64,000 nucleotides of DNA from Acanthopagrus schlegelii (taxonomy: Eukaryota), in the NCBI GenBank assembly GCA_041753875.1, contig CM085492.1, positions 12,255,563 through 12,319,562 of the forward strand, given 5' to 3'. A program made the position numbers and the translations under genes. The notes beneath the pieces were generated by a model, which was not told the origin of the DNA, made no database searches, and saw only the letters and a list, made by a program, of their open reading frames with translations. Shown one piece after another: positions 1-10,065 of the stretch (the stretch's first letter is position 1; each line of letters opens with the position of its first letter).

Positions 1-13
1 CTGTTTTTTTCAG

Positions 14-89
14 TGGGAAAAGTGGGTCAAAACAGTCTGACAGCCTGTGGTGGAGACCTTTTAAAAGCCAAAGATATCTTCAAGAACAA
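14..89 (+). CDS. parp2: parp2 exon (partial gene, first exon in window); encodes ..GKVGQNSLTACGGDLLKAKDIFKNK
   Basis: Poly-T/CAG acceptor at 8-13 and GTGAGA donor at 90. The translation aligns to human PARP2 WGRVGKMGQHSLVACSGNLNKAKEIFQKK (WGR domain end). Confidence 0.75.
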
Positions 90-170
90 GTGAGATTGTG
101 CAATGAAAAAAAACATTTAGAGATGTTTCACATCAGAGTAAGTCAAGTAAAAGTCTGAAACTTGTCACAG

Positions 171-273
171 ATTCCATGACAAGACCAAGAATCAGTGGGC
201 AGACCGAGCAAATTTTGAGAAAGTACCTGGGAAATATGACATGGTGTTCATGGACTACAGCACGAATAAAAAG
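171..273 (+). CDS. parp2: parp2 exon; FHDKTKNQWADRANFEKVPGKYDMVFMDYSTNKK
   Basis: Acceptor cacag|a and donor aag|GTAAGG. Matches human FLDKTKNNWEDREKFEKVPGKYDMLQMDY. Confidence 0.85.
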
Positions 274-415
274 GTAAGGGACAACACAAAGAACCAACGA
301 CCTATTTATCCTCTCAGTATTTTTGTAATTAGGACTGGCAACTTGGAAATAAGGGTTTCAGTTTAACTACAGTTAAGGTTGTCGTTAAGAGCATGGATAT
401 ATTTCATGGTTTTAG

Positions 416-569
416 GAAGAGAACGAGACCACAGTGGACGCTGCGCCCAAAAAGAGGACCTCCAAGCTGGACGTGAAGATCCAGTCTCTCCTGGAACTCA
501 TCTGTGACCTCAAAGCCATGGAGGAGTGTGTGCTGGAGATGAAGTTTGACACCCGGAAAGCTCCTCTCG
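416..569 (+). CDS. parp2: parp2 exon; EENETTVDAAPKKRTSKLDVKIQSLLELICDLKAMEECVLEMKFDTRKAPLG
   Basis: Acceptor tttag| and donor g|GTCAGT. Matches human LDLRVQELIKLICNVQAMEEMMMEMKYNTKKAPLG. Consistent with track ORF 434..628. Confidence 0.9.
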
Positions 570-1146
570 GTCAGTCTGACAGAATCAAAAAAATCACATC
601 AGAAATAAAAAATATTTTTTCCTGTTAAACATCCTTTTCTGTCCTGTTCTTCAAAGCTGCCCAACTTGTTTTGATAAAATGTGACCTTGGAGAACATGGG
701 AGTTGCGTGTCTAGCACTACCTCAATTGGTTAGTTTGTTTACGCCATTGTGTGTGGGTGAGGTTAGTTAAGATTCACCAAAGTCACACAATGATACAAAC
801 AACTAATCAGGGCAGCTGTAGACTAGCCACCCTTGTGTTTTACAAAATAATTAGACTGTTTTTGTCAAAGGAGACTGGCAGCTTCGGAGAGTGTAAAAAA
901 ACAGTTCCAATCTGATGGCAAAATATAAAGGCAAAAATATCTAAGATCATCACTAAGCTTCCAACAAACTACCCTTTTAAGATGCTACAGCATCGTCCAA
1001 AAATGCAATCAAACAAGCTCTCAAAGTCATTACTTTAGCACCAACCTTCCCCCTCACTGTATGAGTATCTTTATGACCAGTATTTACAAACCTTTCATCA
1101 CTGGGTTTCACATTTCATATTCCCTATTTTCCTTATTTTATTGCAG

Positions 1147-1285
1147 GCAAACTGACCTCAGAGCAGATTCATGCAGGCTACTCGGCACTGAAGAAAATCG
1201 AGGATTGTTTGAAAAAGAAGGGCAGCAGTCGTGATCTGCTGGAAGCATGCAACCAGTTCTACACCCGCATCCCCCATGACTTCGG
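1147..1285 (+). CDS. parp2: parp2 exon; KLTSEQIHAGYSALKKIEDCLKKKGSSRDLLEACNQFYTRIPHDFG
   Basis: Acceptor ttgcag| and donor gg|GTGGGG. Matches PARP2 helical-domain sequence. Confidence 0.9.
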
Positions 1286-1377
1286 GTGGGGCATATGTAG
1301 CTGTACAGATGAAGATACGCTGTTATTGTTGAAAAGTGATGTCTGTTTTGCTTTAACTAAAAGATGTAATTCTCCAG

Positions 1378-1441
1378 GTTGAAAACTCCTCCAATCATCC
1401 GTACAGAAGATGAGCTGAAGGAAAAGATTGCACTGTTGGAG
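1378..1441 (+). CDS. parp2: parp2 exon; LKTPPIIRTEDELKEKIALLE
   Basis: Acceptor ctccag| and donor gag|GTAAGA. Matches human LRTPPLIRTQKELSEKIQLLE. Confidence 0.9.
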
Positions 1442-1555
1442 GTAAGAGAGTTCTCATATAGTTGAGGTCTACAAATATTATTTTATGTCCTCACTTTAAT
1501 GTGTGATCCTTACTGTCATATCTATATAAATTGCTTTCTTATTTCTTCATTCAAG

Positions 1556-1690
1556 GCTCTTAGTGATATTCAGATTGCAGTGAAAATGGTTCAGGCCAGT
1601 GAAAACAGTGATGAACATCCCCTGGACAGACAGTACAGATCCCTCATGTGCCAACTGCAGCCTGTTGACTCCAGCAGCCATGAGTACAAG
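1556..1690 (+). CDS. parp2: parp2 exon; ALSDIQIAVKMVQASENSDEHPLDRQYRSLMCQLQPVDSSSHEYK
   Basis: Acceptor ttcaag| and donor aag|GTCTGT. In-frame with track ORF 1499..1711. Confidence 0.9.
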
Positions 1691-2145
1691 GTCTGTGTTT
1701 CAATATCCTAAATATAGTTTTTGATACTATTGAAATGTCTAAAAATATCTGAACACAAAGCAGATCTTTCACTGGATGATACTAGGCTTTTTAAAATAAA
1801 AAATAAATGTCCCACACTTCAACCCACACACTGATATAATAAGAACAAACAACAGTAATGTGACAGTAGGTAGTGTCTTTGGCAACTTAAAATGAGAAAA
1901 ATTGCAGACTTTATATGTAGAAAAGTCGAGGCAACCTCCCTGCTGAGTCTTTGGTATACTTGCTTCCAGACAAAAACATCCATCTCCTGTGGTGAGAGCC
2001 AGACAGGTCCAGCTCCAACAGGAGATTTACTTTGCAGCTTCTAGATAACAGAATCATAGTCAGAGAGCAGAAGTTATACCAAACTATTAAACCCAGTGAA
2101 TCTTAATCTGAAATAACATGTCCTTTTCCTCTTTTCCATGTGAAG

Positions 2146-2273
2146 GTAATAGAAAAGTATCTACAGTCCACACACGCCCCCACCCATTCTGACTACAACA
2201 TGACTGTTCTTGACATTTTCTCAGTGGACAGAGACGGGGAGAGCAACAGCTTCCTCTCACAGTTACACAACAG
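2146..2273 (+). CDS. parp2: parp2 exon; VIEKYLQSTHAPTHSDYNMTVLDIFSVDRDGESNSFLSQLHNR
   Basis: Acceptor gaag| and donor cag|GTAATA. Matches human VISQYLQSTHAPTHSDYTMTLLDLFEVEKDGE. Confidence 0.9.
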
Positions 2274-2440
2274 GTAATACACAGCCTGCTGCGTATTATA
2301 TTTGTATAAACAACCATTACAGCTTCAGATGATGTACTGTATTTGCGGTACTTCTTCATATTTGCCTGCATGATCATGGACAATGATCTAAATGAAAATA
2401 TTGTGTTCTTGAAAATTAACTTATGCCCGTCCTCTGCTAG

Positions 2441-2540
2441 GACTCTGTTGTGGCACGGTTCCCGTCTGTCTAACTGGGTCGGCATCCTGAGTCAGGGGCT
2501 CCGAGTAGCCCCACCAGAAGCTCCCGTCACTGGTTATATG
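2441..2540 (+). CDS. parp2: parp2 catalytic-domain exon; [33 protein letters not shown]
   Basis: Acceptor ctgctag| and donor atg|GTAGGA. Contains the conserved PARP H-G-S motif. Position calibrated with track ORF 2343..2567. Confidence 0.95.
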
Positions 2541-3002
2541 GTAGGATGGACAGAAAATAACATATAAAATATATATAATTTTCATGTGATTGTAGATAGT
2601 TAGATGATGCATACTAAAACCCCAATTAACACAAGAATTTCAGAATAAAAAGTGACACCAGGGAGTAAAATCAAGAATATAAGAACACAACAGTGAAGTG
2701 ATAATCTAGCCACTGGAAGTACTGCAAAGAGCTGTCATTATGCGCAGACAGAGATAGTTCAACTGTAAGGTGAATACCAGTGCTGGTTTTGCTAAAATAA
2801 GGTGATTAAAAAGTAAAAACTGTGCAAGAATAAGCATTACTCTGGATGATAACCTCAAATTTTAGATAAATATGTTAACAGTTCAAGAGTAGGTCACATA
2901 GTCAGTCCAGCAAAGCAATGTGATTGAAAGTAAGAGGAAAACTGAAGATAAATATATACAGTTAATAAATACAAATGCACTCTCTGTTCCTCTTTCATCT
3001 AG

Positions 3003-3101
3003 TTTGGAAAAGGGATTTATTTTGCTGACATGTCATCAAAGAGTGCCAACTACTGCTTTGCCAATCAAAACAACGACACTGGACTGCTGCTACTGTGTGA
3101 G
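3003..3101 (+). CDS. parp2: parp2 catalytic-domain exon; [33 protein letters not shown]
   Basis: Acceptor tctag| and donor gag|GTAAGT. Identical core to human [19 protein letters not shown]. Confidence 0.95.
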
Positions 3102-3335
3102 GTAAGTTCATGAATTATTCTCTGTGAGGTGATTAAATGTATTCTACCTAATTTCTATCTCTACTTACTTATTTAACAATCCTGTTACTGAAGAAAGGAG
3201 TTAAAAAGAATATGTATACACTGAGGGCCGTCAAAGCAAAGTTCAACAACTCCTTTTAACAATGGACTTAACATGTTCGGCCCATATGTGATGCAGCTGT
3301 TTCAGTGTCCATGCTTCGTGTCTGTGTGGTTGCAG

Positions 3336-3460
3336 GTCGCTCTGGGTGACAGTAACGAGCTGCTGGATGCCGACTACGAGGCAAACAATCTGCCCGCTGG
3401 GAAACACAGCACCAAGGGCCTGGGACAGACTGGACCTGACCCCAAAAACTCTGTCACTCT
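3336..3460 (+). CDS. parp2: parp2 exon; VALGDSNELLDADYEANNLPAGKHSTKGLGQTGPDPKNSVTL
   Basis: Acceptor ttgcag| and donor ct|GTGAGT. Calibrated with track ORF 3273..3464. Confidence 0.9.
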
Positions 3461-3790
3461 GTGAGTCAGTCTCATTACACTGACACATTTCATACAGACC
3501 AGACATTGATTCAGATGTGCTCAGTGTTACACAACAAAAATCAATACATTATCTGAGAGTTTGTTAATTACATTAGCAAAAAAAAAAAAAAAAGGAGGCA
3601 GGTTGAAGAGCACAGAGAATGTTTTATTCTTTATTAGCTTTACGAGGGAGCCGATAAAGGATCTCTTTTGGCTTTAGAGACGATGATGTCATAGCAACTG
3701 GTTTCAGTTCATGTCAAGCACATCTTAAGCCAAAGTCTTGAAATCTCTAATCTAAAACATTTCATATGTCTTCCTCTTTCTATTTCTCAG

Positions 3791-3950
3791 GGATGGTGTG
3801 ACTGTGCCGATGGGGCCGGGGGTGAAGACTGGGGTGGGTAAACATAACAGCTACTCCCTCCTGTACAATGAGTTCATTGTTTACAACCCTGCCCAGACTC
3901 GCATGAGGTACCTGCTGCGGGTCAAGTTCAACTACTCTTCACTGTGGTGA
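3791..3950 (+). CDS. parp2: parp2 terminal coding exon; [52 protein letters not shown]
   Basis: Acceptor ttctcag| and TGA stop at 3948-3950. Matches the human PARP2 C-terminus ...NYNEYIVYNPNQVRMRYLLKVQFNFLQLW. Confidence 0.9.
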
Positions 3951-4210
3951 GGCTGTGCAATCTGGAGATTTCCAGGGGAATTGCTCTCCATGAAGTGGGG
4001 ATGATACATCACTCAGTCATGTACAGTTAGATGCTGTTCAGCTCTTGGATCTGGGGAATAGGATGTTAAACCTGGCAACTATTTTGATAATCAGTGAATC
4101 GTTTTTTGTTATTTCTTAAGCAAAAAATGCAAAATATTATCTGGTTGTAGCTTCTCAAATGTGATGACATTTTTCTACTTATCATATCTTATATCCTTGG
4201 AGTTTGGTTG

Positions 4211-4216
4211 AATAAA
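4211..4216 (+). other. parp2: candidate parp2 polyadenylation signal AATAAA
   Basis: AATAAA about 260 nt after the stop, followed by an A-run. Confidence 0.4.
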
Positions 4217-4760
4217 AAAAATGTTTTTTTCATACATCCGTTTCAGCTGTGGAAGGTGATAGCTAGCACTTTTCAGATAATGATATTTTATGGGCAAAAC
4301 GATTGGTTTGAGTAATTTTTTTTTAGAAAAGACTGTCCAAATACTTGCCTTCCAGTGTCTCAAATGTATATGTTTACTGGTTTCTTTACTCCTTAAAGAA
4401 CGTCAACTGAGTATGTTATGGTTTTGGACATTTAAGGACGTGAAGGACATCGTAACATAGATACAGTAAAAAGAAAAATTTGCACTACTTTTCTTCCATG
4501 ATGCTAAATCTCGTGTATGTTATAAACACAAGTTGTACTGTATTGCATGTTACATATGGCAACATTCTGTGCATTTCGGTTTCTGCTTTGGTGCTTTAGG
4601 CAACACAAAAAGCCTTATGGATCTCCAGTATCAGATTTGCAGTCTCTTACTGAAATGTCATGATTTGGAAATTCTCTTGGCAGGTTTGAAGTGAGCATTT
4701 TCACTGAAAATGTACCAAAATGAAATTAATTGATGTGTCTTGTTAATTAAATTGAAAGCC

Positions 4761-4766
4761 TTTATT
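4761..4766 (-). other. candidate polyadenylation signal (AATAAA on - strand) for the TMBIM-family gene
   Basis: Plus-strand TTTATT about 260 nt 3' of the minus-strand stop (5026-5028). Confidence 0.3.
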
Positions 4767-5025
4767 TGTAGGTGGGTTAAAGTGCAGTGTGTAACAAAAA
4801 AAAAAAAATACAGAACAGCAATTTTATAAATACATTCATGTCAAACTTCGACAAAGATTCTGTCAAAGAACTGATGCTCATTCATTTATTGTCACATAAA
4901 ACAGGATGTAGCTTCATTTTATACATGATGATAATATTAATAATAATAATAAAGAACATTTTCTGTGTGGGGAGTGCTGGTCTGTGTTAGTTAATTTTGT
5001 GTATATTTACAGTGTGTATACAGTT

Positions 5026-5160
5026 TCACCTCCTCCCCAGTAGGTAGAGGAAGATGAGCACTACGTCCAGATAGAGGGTGAGAGCAGCGTTGACGTATTC
5101 CTCTGGATCCAGACGGTAGCTCATCGACCCCATGAGCAGCTGACAGTCGATCATCAGGAA
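5026..5160 (-). CDS. TMBIM/lifeguard-family terminal exon; FLMIDCQLLMGSMSYRLDPEEYVNAALTLYLDVVLIFLYLLGRR*
   Basis: Minus-strand acceptor (plus ct at 5161-5162) and stop TGA (plus tca at 5026-5028). Matches the GRINA/TMBIM C-terminus [37 protein letters not shown]. Confidence 0.8.
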   Translation of the reverse strand, partial: FLMIDCQLLMGSMSYRLDPEEYVNAALTLYLDVVLIFLYLLGRR

Positions 5161-5416
5161 CTGAGACAGAGAATAATTAGGACAGGGTGAGAGATTAATA
5201 CCAGATACCTAAATGAATTATGGATGTAAGTGTAATAGACTTTATATTAACACGTCAGCATATGAAAAGCGCAGATGTGAAGAATTAAATTAATGATAGC
5301 TGCATTTCAGTTTTTAAAGGTACTGGTATTGTTCATTCTGTCCATCACGCTGCCTCCAAAATGTGAGTGGAAGTATAAAGTCAAAATTATGATTTTTTAG
5401 TTATTTATCCCCTTAC

Positions 5417-5560
5417 TAGTGAATACAGCAGAGCACCCAGACACCCATAGGCAACTTCAGTGATGTAGGAGTAGTAGAAGGTGCAGAAGAACCCGAACAT
5501 GAGGAAGTCCACAACCAGAATCAGCAGAACACCGTACCAGACAGTGAAATCATAACGAGT
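5417..5560 (-). CDS. TMBIM-family exon; TRYDFTVWYGVLLILVVDFLMFGFFCTFYYSYITEVAYGCLGALLYSL
   Basis: Calibrated with track ORF 5405..5644(-). Donor GTAAGG (minus) and acceptor ttgcag (minus). Matches GRINA QTRYDFTSCMGVLLVS... Confidence 0.8.
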
Positions 5561-6424
5561 CTGCAAAGAACACAGAAAGATATTAGCACATTGATTCATT
5601 TTATTGAAACATACTTTGTCCTGATTTTCTTTGGTCATTGTCAAGAACTTGCATGGTTCGAAAAACCATAAAAACTGTACTTCATAGCAGCTGTGTTAAT
5701 CAACATACGGTGCATCACATATGTTGATCAGTTTACAGAAATGCACTTCACATTTTTTATATATACTGAAACATTTCACAGCCCTCTACACACTTGACCA
5801 ATATACACTGAGCCGTTTAATACTCTTACCGCACAACCAGTATTTCTATGATTTTATAGTTGGAATATTGATTTATTTATTTCCTTTTTTAATGCTTGTT
5901 TTCCTCTGATTCTGGTTCTCATTCCATACTAAACACTAACCTCGCAGCACTTCTTCAATAGAAAACCACCCTGGCCTGCATCATACTGCACAAAAAGAGC
6001 ATGTGACAAATAAAACTTTTGAATTTTATAGCATTTAAGAAAAATGTGTATTGGAGCATAGTGTTGACTGGGTTCTTCACATAGTGTCTAACACAGTTTG
6101 CACATTATCACTTAAATTCAACACCTCTATGACCAGGATGGCAGAAGAGCTCATACCTCCGCTAAGGCCCAGCAGGCCTCCATAATTCAATAAAGCCTGA
6201 TCCAATATCAAATAATACATATACTTATATCTGCTAGATATGGATTTTTTTTTTCTTTTATATGGATGAGCATCAAATTGTTCTCACACATAGGTCCCAG
6301 GCACCTAATCATTCTATCTGTTGTTTGTACAGAGGATACAGCTGAGTAAGAACAGCTGTAATAGACAACACAAGTAGACAGGATTCAGTAACAGATAATG
6401 TCAACATTCAAGCACTAGTCCGAG

Positions 6425-6550
6425 AGGAAATTTTTTTCATTTATCAAATAGTTTTTAGTTCATAAAATGTCAGAAAAGAGTAAAAATTGAACTCTTCTGT
6501 CTCCCAAAGCCAAGCGGATGTCATTACAGGTCCTGGTTGACTGACAACAG
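6425..6550. repeat. dispersed repeat copy (core tttagttcataaaatgt..agaaaag.gtaaaaa..ctgatgtcatta.aggtc.tggttgac)
   Basis: About 120 bp are nearly identical to 9945-10065, which carries an internal poly-A run. Confidence 0.5.
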
Positions 6551-6633
6551 TTTTCAGGGCTACATTCACATTCGCCTCTTCGGATACGATTCACCAGTGC
6601 AAACAACATGGATCATCAGCCTGGTTATCTAAC

Positions 6634-6762
6634 CTGTGCGGAGAATGCAATGATCGCGACGGTGATGGCAAGCGTTGCTCCCATCGTGATGACAACAGCA
6701 GTAGTGTTGTGGAAGGATGCGATGGCTCCAACCATGTACGACAAACTCAGGGTGACCACAAC
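6634..6762 (-). CDS. TMBIM-family exon; VVVTLSLSYMVGAIASFHNTTAVVITMGATLAITVAIIAFSAQ
   Basis: Minus acceptor ctacag| and donor cag|GTTAGA. Matches GRINA [44 protein letters not shown]. Confidence 0.8.
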
Positions 6763-7781
6763 CTGTAGGTACAAAGTCAACATTTTACACATCTCCAGTA
6801 GTATCTCAGGAAAGTTTTTTCATAGTTTGCCTAATAAATTCACAAGTTTAACTGCCTGAAAAAGAGTCTCTCTTCATCAGTGATCCAGATTATTTATACA
6901 TATTAATAATTACAGTCTTGTGTATGTATGATGAGTGTTTTTGCAATACCCTGAATATTTAACCACAATAGAGCCTGTACCAATTTAACATGCCAACAAA
7001 ACCTCAACGGCGAAAAGAGAATCTGTGAGTATGTGAACACAACTTTAGAGGAAATGGACCCTTTTTATTTTTAAACAGTGAAAATGAAAGAAAACAACTG
7101 CTGATAATGCGCCAGCTTCTCACAGGCCATTTACATGTAAATAGGAGAGGTCTAAATGTCGAGGAAAATAACGGGCCAAAATGTGTCGTTATCACTTTTA
7201 AACCCGCTATTAAAAATAGTTTTGGGGCCTTTTCCTGCCACCAAAGCTTAGACAGATGACTGGAAACGGGGTGAGAGAGAGGGTGGAGGGACATGCAGCA
7301 AAAAGCCACAGGTTGGATTTGACCCCAAGTTTTTAGTGAAGTAGTTCTTTCCAGTAAAGCAGCAGCCCGCCTACTAACATGATAACATCTTTCACTTCTC
7401 TCTGTGTGACTGTGTGAGTGTGACTGTGTGACCTCAGATGTTTCATATCCAATATATGTGTATGATCTTTTAAACGACAAAGCTACGACTCTTTCATCAT
7501 ATAACTGTTCTTTTTGTCTATCATTCAGTTGCCTTGATTTACGTATTAGAGCTGCACGATTAATCAAACATATACCATATACCATAAAGTATATGATGTT
7601 TTTATTTGATTTTTTTTTTTCATGAAAGAAAAATGTAATGCAAAAAAACGACCATTCACAGTAATTGTGAATCGTATCCCAATTGTAATAACTCTCAAAA
7701 TAACGGCAATGTGATATTTTCCCCTCCCTAATAAGTCTATCTTGTGTTACACGTTCTGATACGTTTGGCGTTTCAACCCAC

Positions 7782-7982
7782 CAGTCCCATGATGTTCCAG
7801 GGGTGACGCCGACTGAAGGACTGGCAGCAGCTGAGGGCGATGGCGACCACGATGAAGATGATGAAGGAGCTGAGGTAGGCCGGCAGATTGGTCTGCACCG
7901 CTTCTTTGACCACGTCGGAGAAGGTGAACACGCACACCACGCTGAAGGTGAACAGCAGCTGGACGGTCAGGATGCTGAACAC
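7782..7982 (-). CDS. TMBIM-family exon; VFSILTVQLLFTFSVVCVFTFSDVVKEAVQTNLPAYLSSFIIFIVVAIALSCCQSFSRRHPWNIMGL
   Basis: Track ORF 7773..8003(-). Minus acceptor cgaacag| and donor ctg|GTGGGT. Matches GRINA [29 protein letters not shown]...SCCGDFRRKHPWNLVAL. Confidence 0.85.
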
Positions 7983-8081
7983 CTGTTCGGGGAAATTCAT
8001 CACTGAATCTTAGGAGCCCTGAGGAGGGTCCTGACACCAGGCTGGGAAATTCATGTTTCACAAACTCTCAGACCTACGGAC

Positions 8082-8372
8082 CTTCCTGACAAACCCTCTC
8101 CTCACTGTCCTGTCATCAAATGAAGATGAGGATATGAGTGGGGTCGTGTCTGATGGGGCCTCTGGTATGATGTCCCTGAAGGACTCGTACCCACCAGTGG
8201 GCTCATAGGTGCAAGTTGTCTCAGCTTTGAGTGGAGGATATGTAGATGGGGCTGCAGAGTAGGGCGGAGGTTGCTCCCCCTGGTAGGAGTATGCCGGTGG
8301 TGGTGGGGACACATCATAAGAAGGAGCGTGCTGTGTCTCTTTGGACGTGAGGTGGTCGGCTGTGTCTGACAT
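8082..8372 (-). CDS. TMBIM-family first coding exon; MSDTADHLTSKETQHAPSYDVSPPPPAYSYQGEQPPPYSAAPSTYPPLKAETTCTYEPTGGYESFRDIIPEAPSDTTPLISSSSFDDRTVRRGFVRKV
   Basis: Track ORF 8058..8417(-), ATG at 8372-8370, donor aag|GTCCGT. Pro/Tyr-rich N-terminus plus the DDRxVRRxFVRKV motif typical of TMBIM1/FAIM2/GRINA. An acceptor-like ctcag lies just 5' of the ATG, so an upstream non-coding exon is likely. Confidence 0.8.
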
Positions 8373-9944
8373 AGTGGAGGAAACTGAGGGGTGAAGACAA
8401 AGTTCAGTCAAACACAAAGGACAAACGCGGGGCAGATGGAATACATTCTGTTAAGCAGCAAGCGGGAAGGTCCGGTTTCCTGTGATTTAATGTACTGCAT
8501 GATTAACCAATTTAACTTTGGTGTCTGAGCTACTCAGAGGGATGTGTCCATGTCAGCCCACGTTGTTGATACAGTATATAGAAGTACATACAGCAAAAGA
8601 CGGCCTGTTTGTGCCTGTGCCTGTTCCTGTCCTGTCTGTCTCTGACGTAGATGCACGTGTGCCCCCCAGCACGTACAGGGCTTCTTACATCAGATCTGGA
8701 TTTCTAAGTGCAACCAGACTTGCTGCTGACTGGTTGCCACAGAATGGAGTAAAGATACGGAAGTAAAACTTGAGCCTTGGGGCCACTTCTCTTTCACCCA
8801 GCAAACATGGTGAGGAAGCCGGTGTTGTGCCATTGCATCTGGTTTAAAGAAAACCTGGTAACTTCACTAAATTCATGTCAGTGTTGAAGATTTACGTACA
8901 GGTATGAGCAGAGGTGGAGAGTAACAAATAGCAAATATTTAAGTAGATTTTTACATAGGAAAGCTTTTTTTCTTTCCCTCCCTACATTTGAACACAACTG
9001 ATGTACTTTCTACTCGTTATATTTTCAAAACTGGTTTGTTGCTTTAGATTTAATGCATCTGAGGAGAGTTATCGATTATTTATGACGCTTTACCAAAATG
9101 TCGTTACCTGACGTCCTGTGAATGAGACTCAGTCAATCAGCTATCCTTCTGGTGTGTTTGCGAACAGCTCAGATGAATCCTACTGATATTACCTTGAAGT
9201 TTAATAGTCTTTGAATTATATTATTATGACATGAGATTCAACCCTTCCCTAATCCTAGCTATGCACAGAAATGCCCATTCGAAATGTCCTTAAAAGGGAC
9301 ATTTCAGATCCTGTACTTTTAAGAATTTGCATCAGTGCATCTTTTTTCACACAACTATCTGTACTCGACTGAAGAATGTGTGAATATGTACTTTTGCCAC
9401 CTCTGTGATAATGCAATTTCACATCATTTTGGACCATTATATATCTGTACACAAATAATTGGAAAAGCTAGAGCAGATAAATTAGCAACACACAAAAAGC
9501 TTTAAAGGAGTATTGTTGACCCAGTAATGGATTTCTCATGTTGAAAATACATCGTAAATACTACAAGCAGAAAAAGCCGAGGACAATATACACAGAGCAA
9601 GTTCTTTAAATGAAGAACACTGACCTTTTTCTCCTGGATTATATTTGTGTCTGCCAACAGTCACAGTCAACAGTGCTGTGTGAAGAAGGACACCACACAA
9701 AGACCTTTCTTTATGTGTAACCTGTGGTGCAGAGTTTCACTTCCTCTCAACATGAGGTGGGGGAAAAAAAATTCCTGTCTGTGAAGCCTCATGTTGCGGA
9801 AACTCCACCGTTGCTTCAGACAAGGTTAGAGGTCATCATGGTAGGTCTCAGAACTTCCAAAGGTCCCCATGTTGGTCTTTCAGGGTCAACAATCAAAAGC
9901 TGCCTGTCCAGACTTGAGTCCACTTAAAGTACACATATTTTATC

Positions 9945-10065
9945 ATAAGATATTTTAGTTCATAAAATGTAAGAAAAGGGTAAAAAAAAAAAAAAAAAAA
10001 GACCTTTTTTGTCTCCTAGAATATAAGCTGATGTCATTAAAGGTCTTGGTTGACCCAAAAAAAAA
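9945..10065. repeat. second copy of the same dispersed repeat, with an internal A(19) tract
   Basis: Shares the tttagttcataaaatgtaagaaaagggtaaaaa...gatgtcattaaaggtcttggttgac core with 6425-6550. Confidence 0.5.

Noticed and set aside
6125-6196. Minus-strand segment with AG/GT-like borders encoding ALLNYGGLLGLSGGMSSSAILVIE that could be an extra TMBIM exon
   Set aside because: Including it would insert 24 aa between ..IIAFSAQ and TRYDFT.., which are contiguous (FSIQTRYDFT) in GRINA/TMBIM homologues. The 5-exon model without it is phase-consistent and matches family length (~299 aa).
6608-6859. Plus-strand ORF (83 aa) over TMBIM exon 3
   Set aside because: Antisense shadow of the genuine minus-strand exon 6634-6762.
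7004-7585. 193-aa minus-strand ORF inside a TMBIM intron
   Set aside because: No recognisable homology, low-complexity composition, and it overlaps a SINE-like and TG-rich segment. Read-through of repeat DNA.
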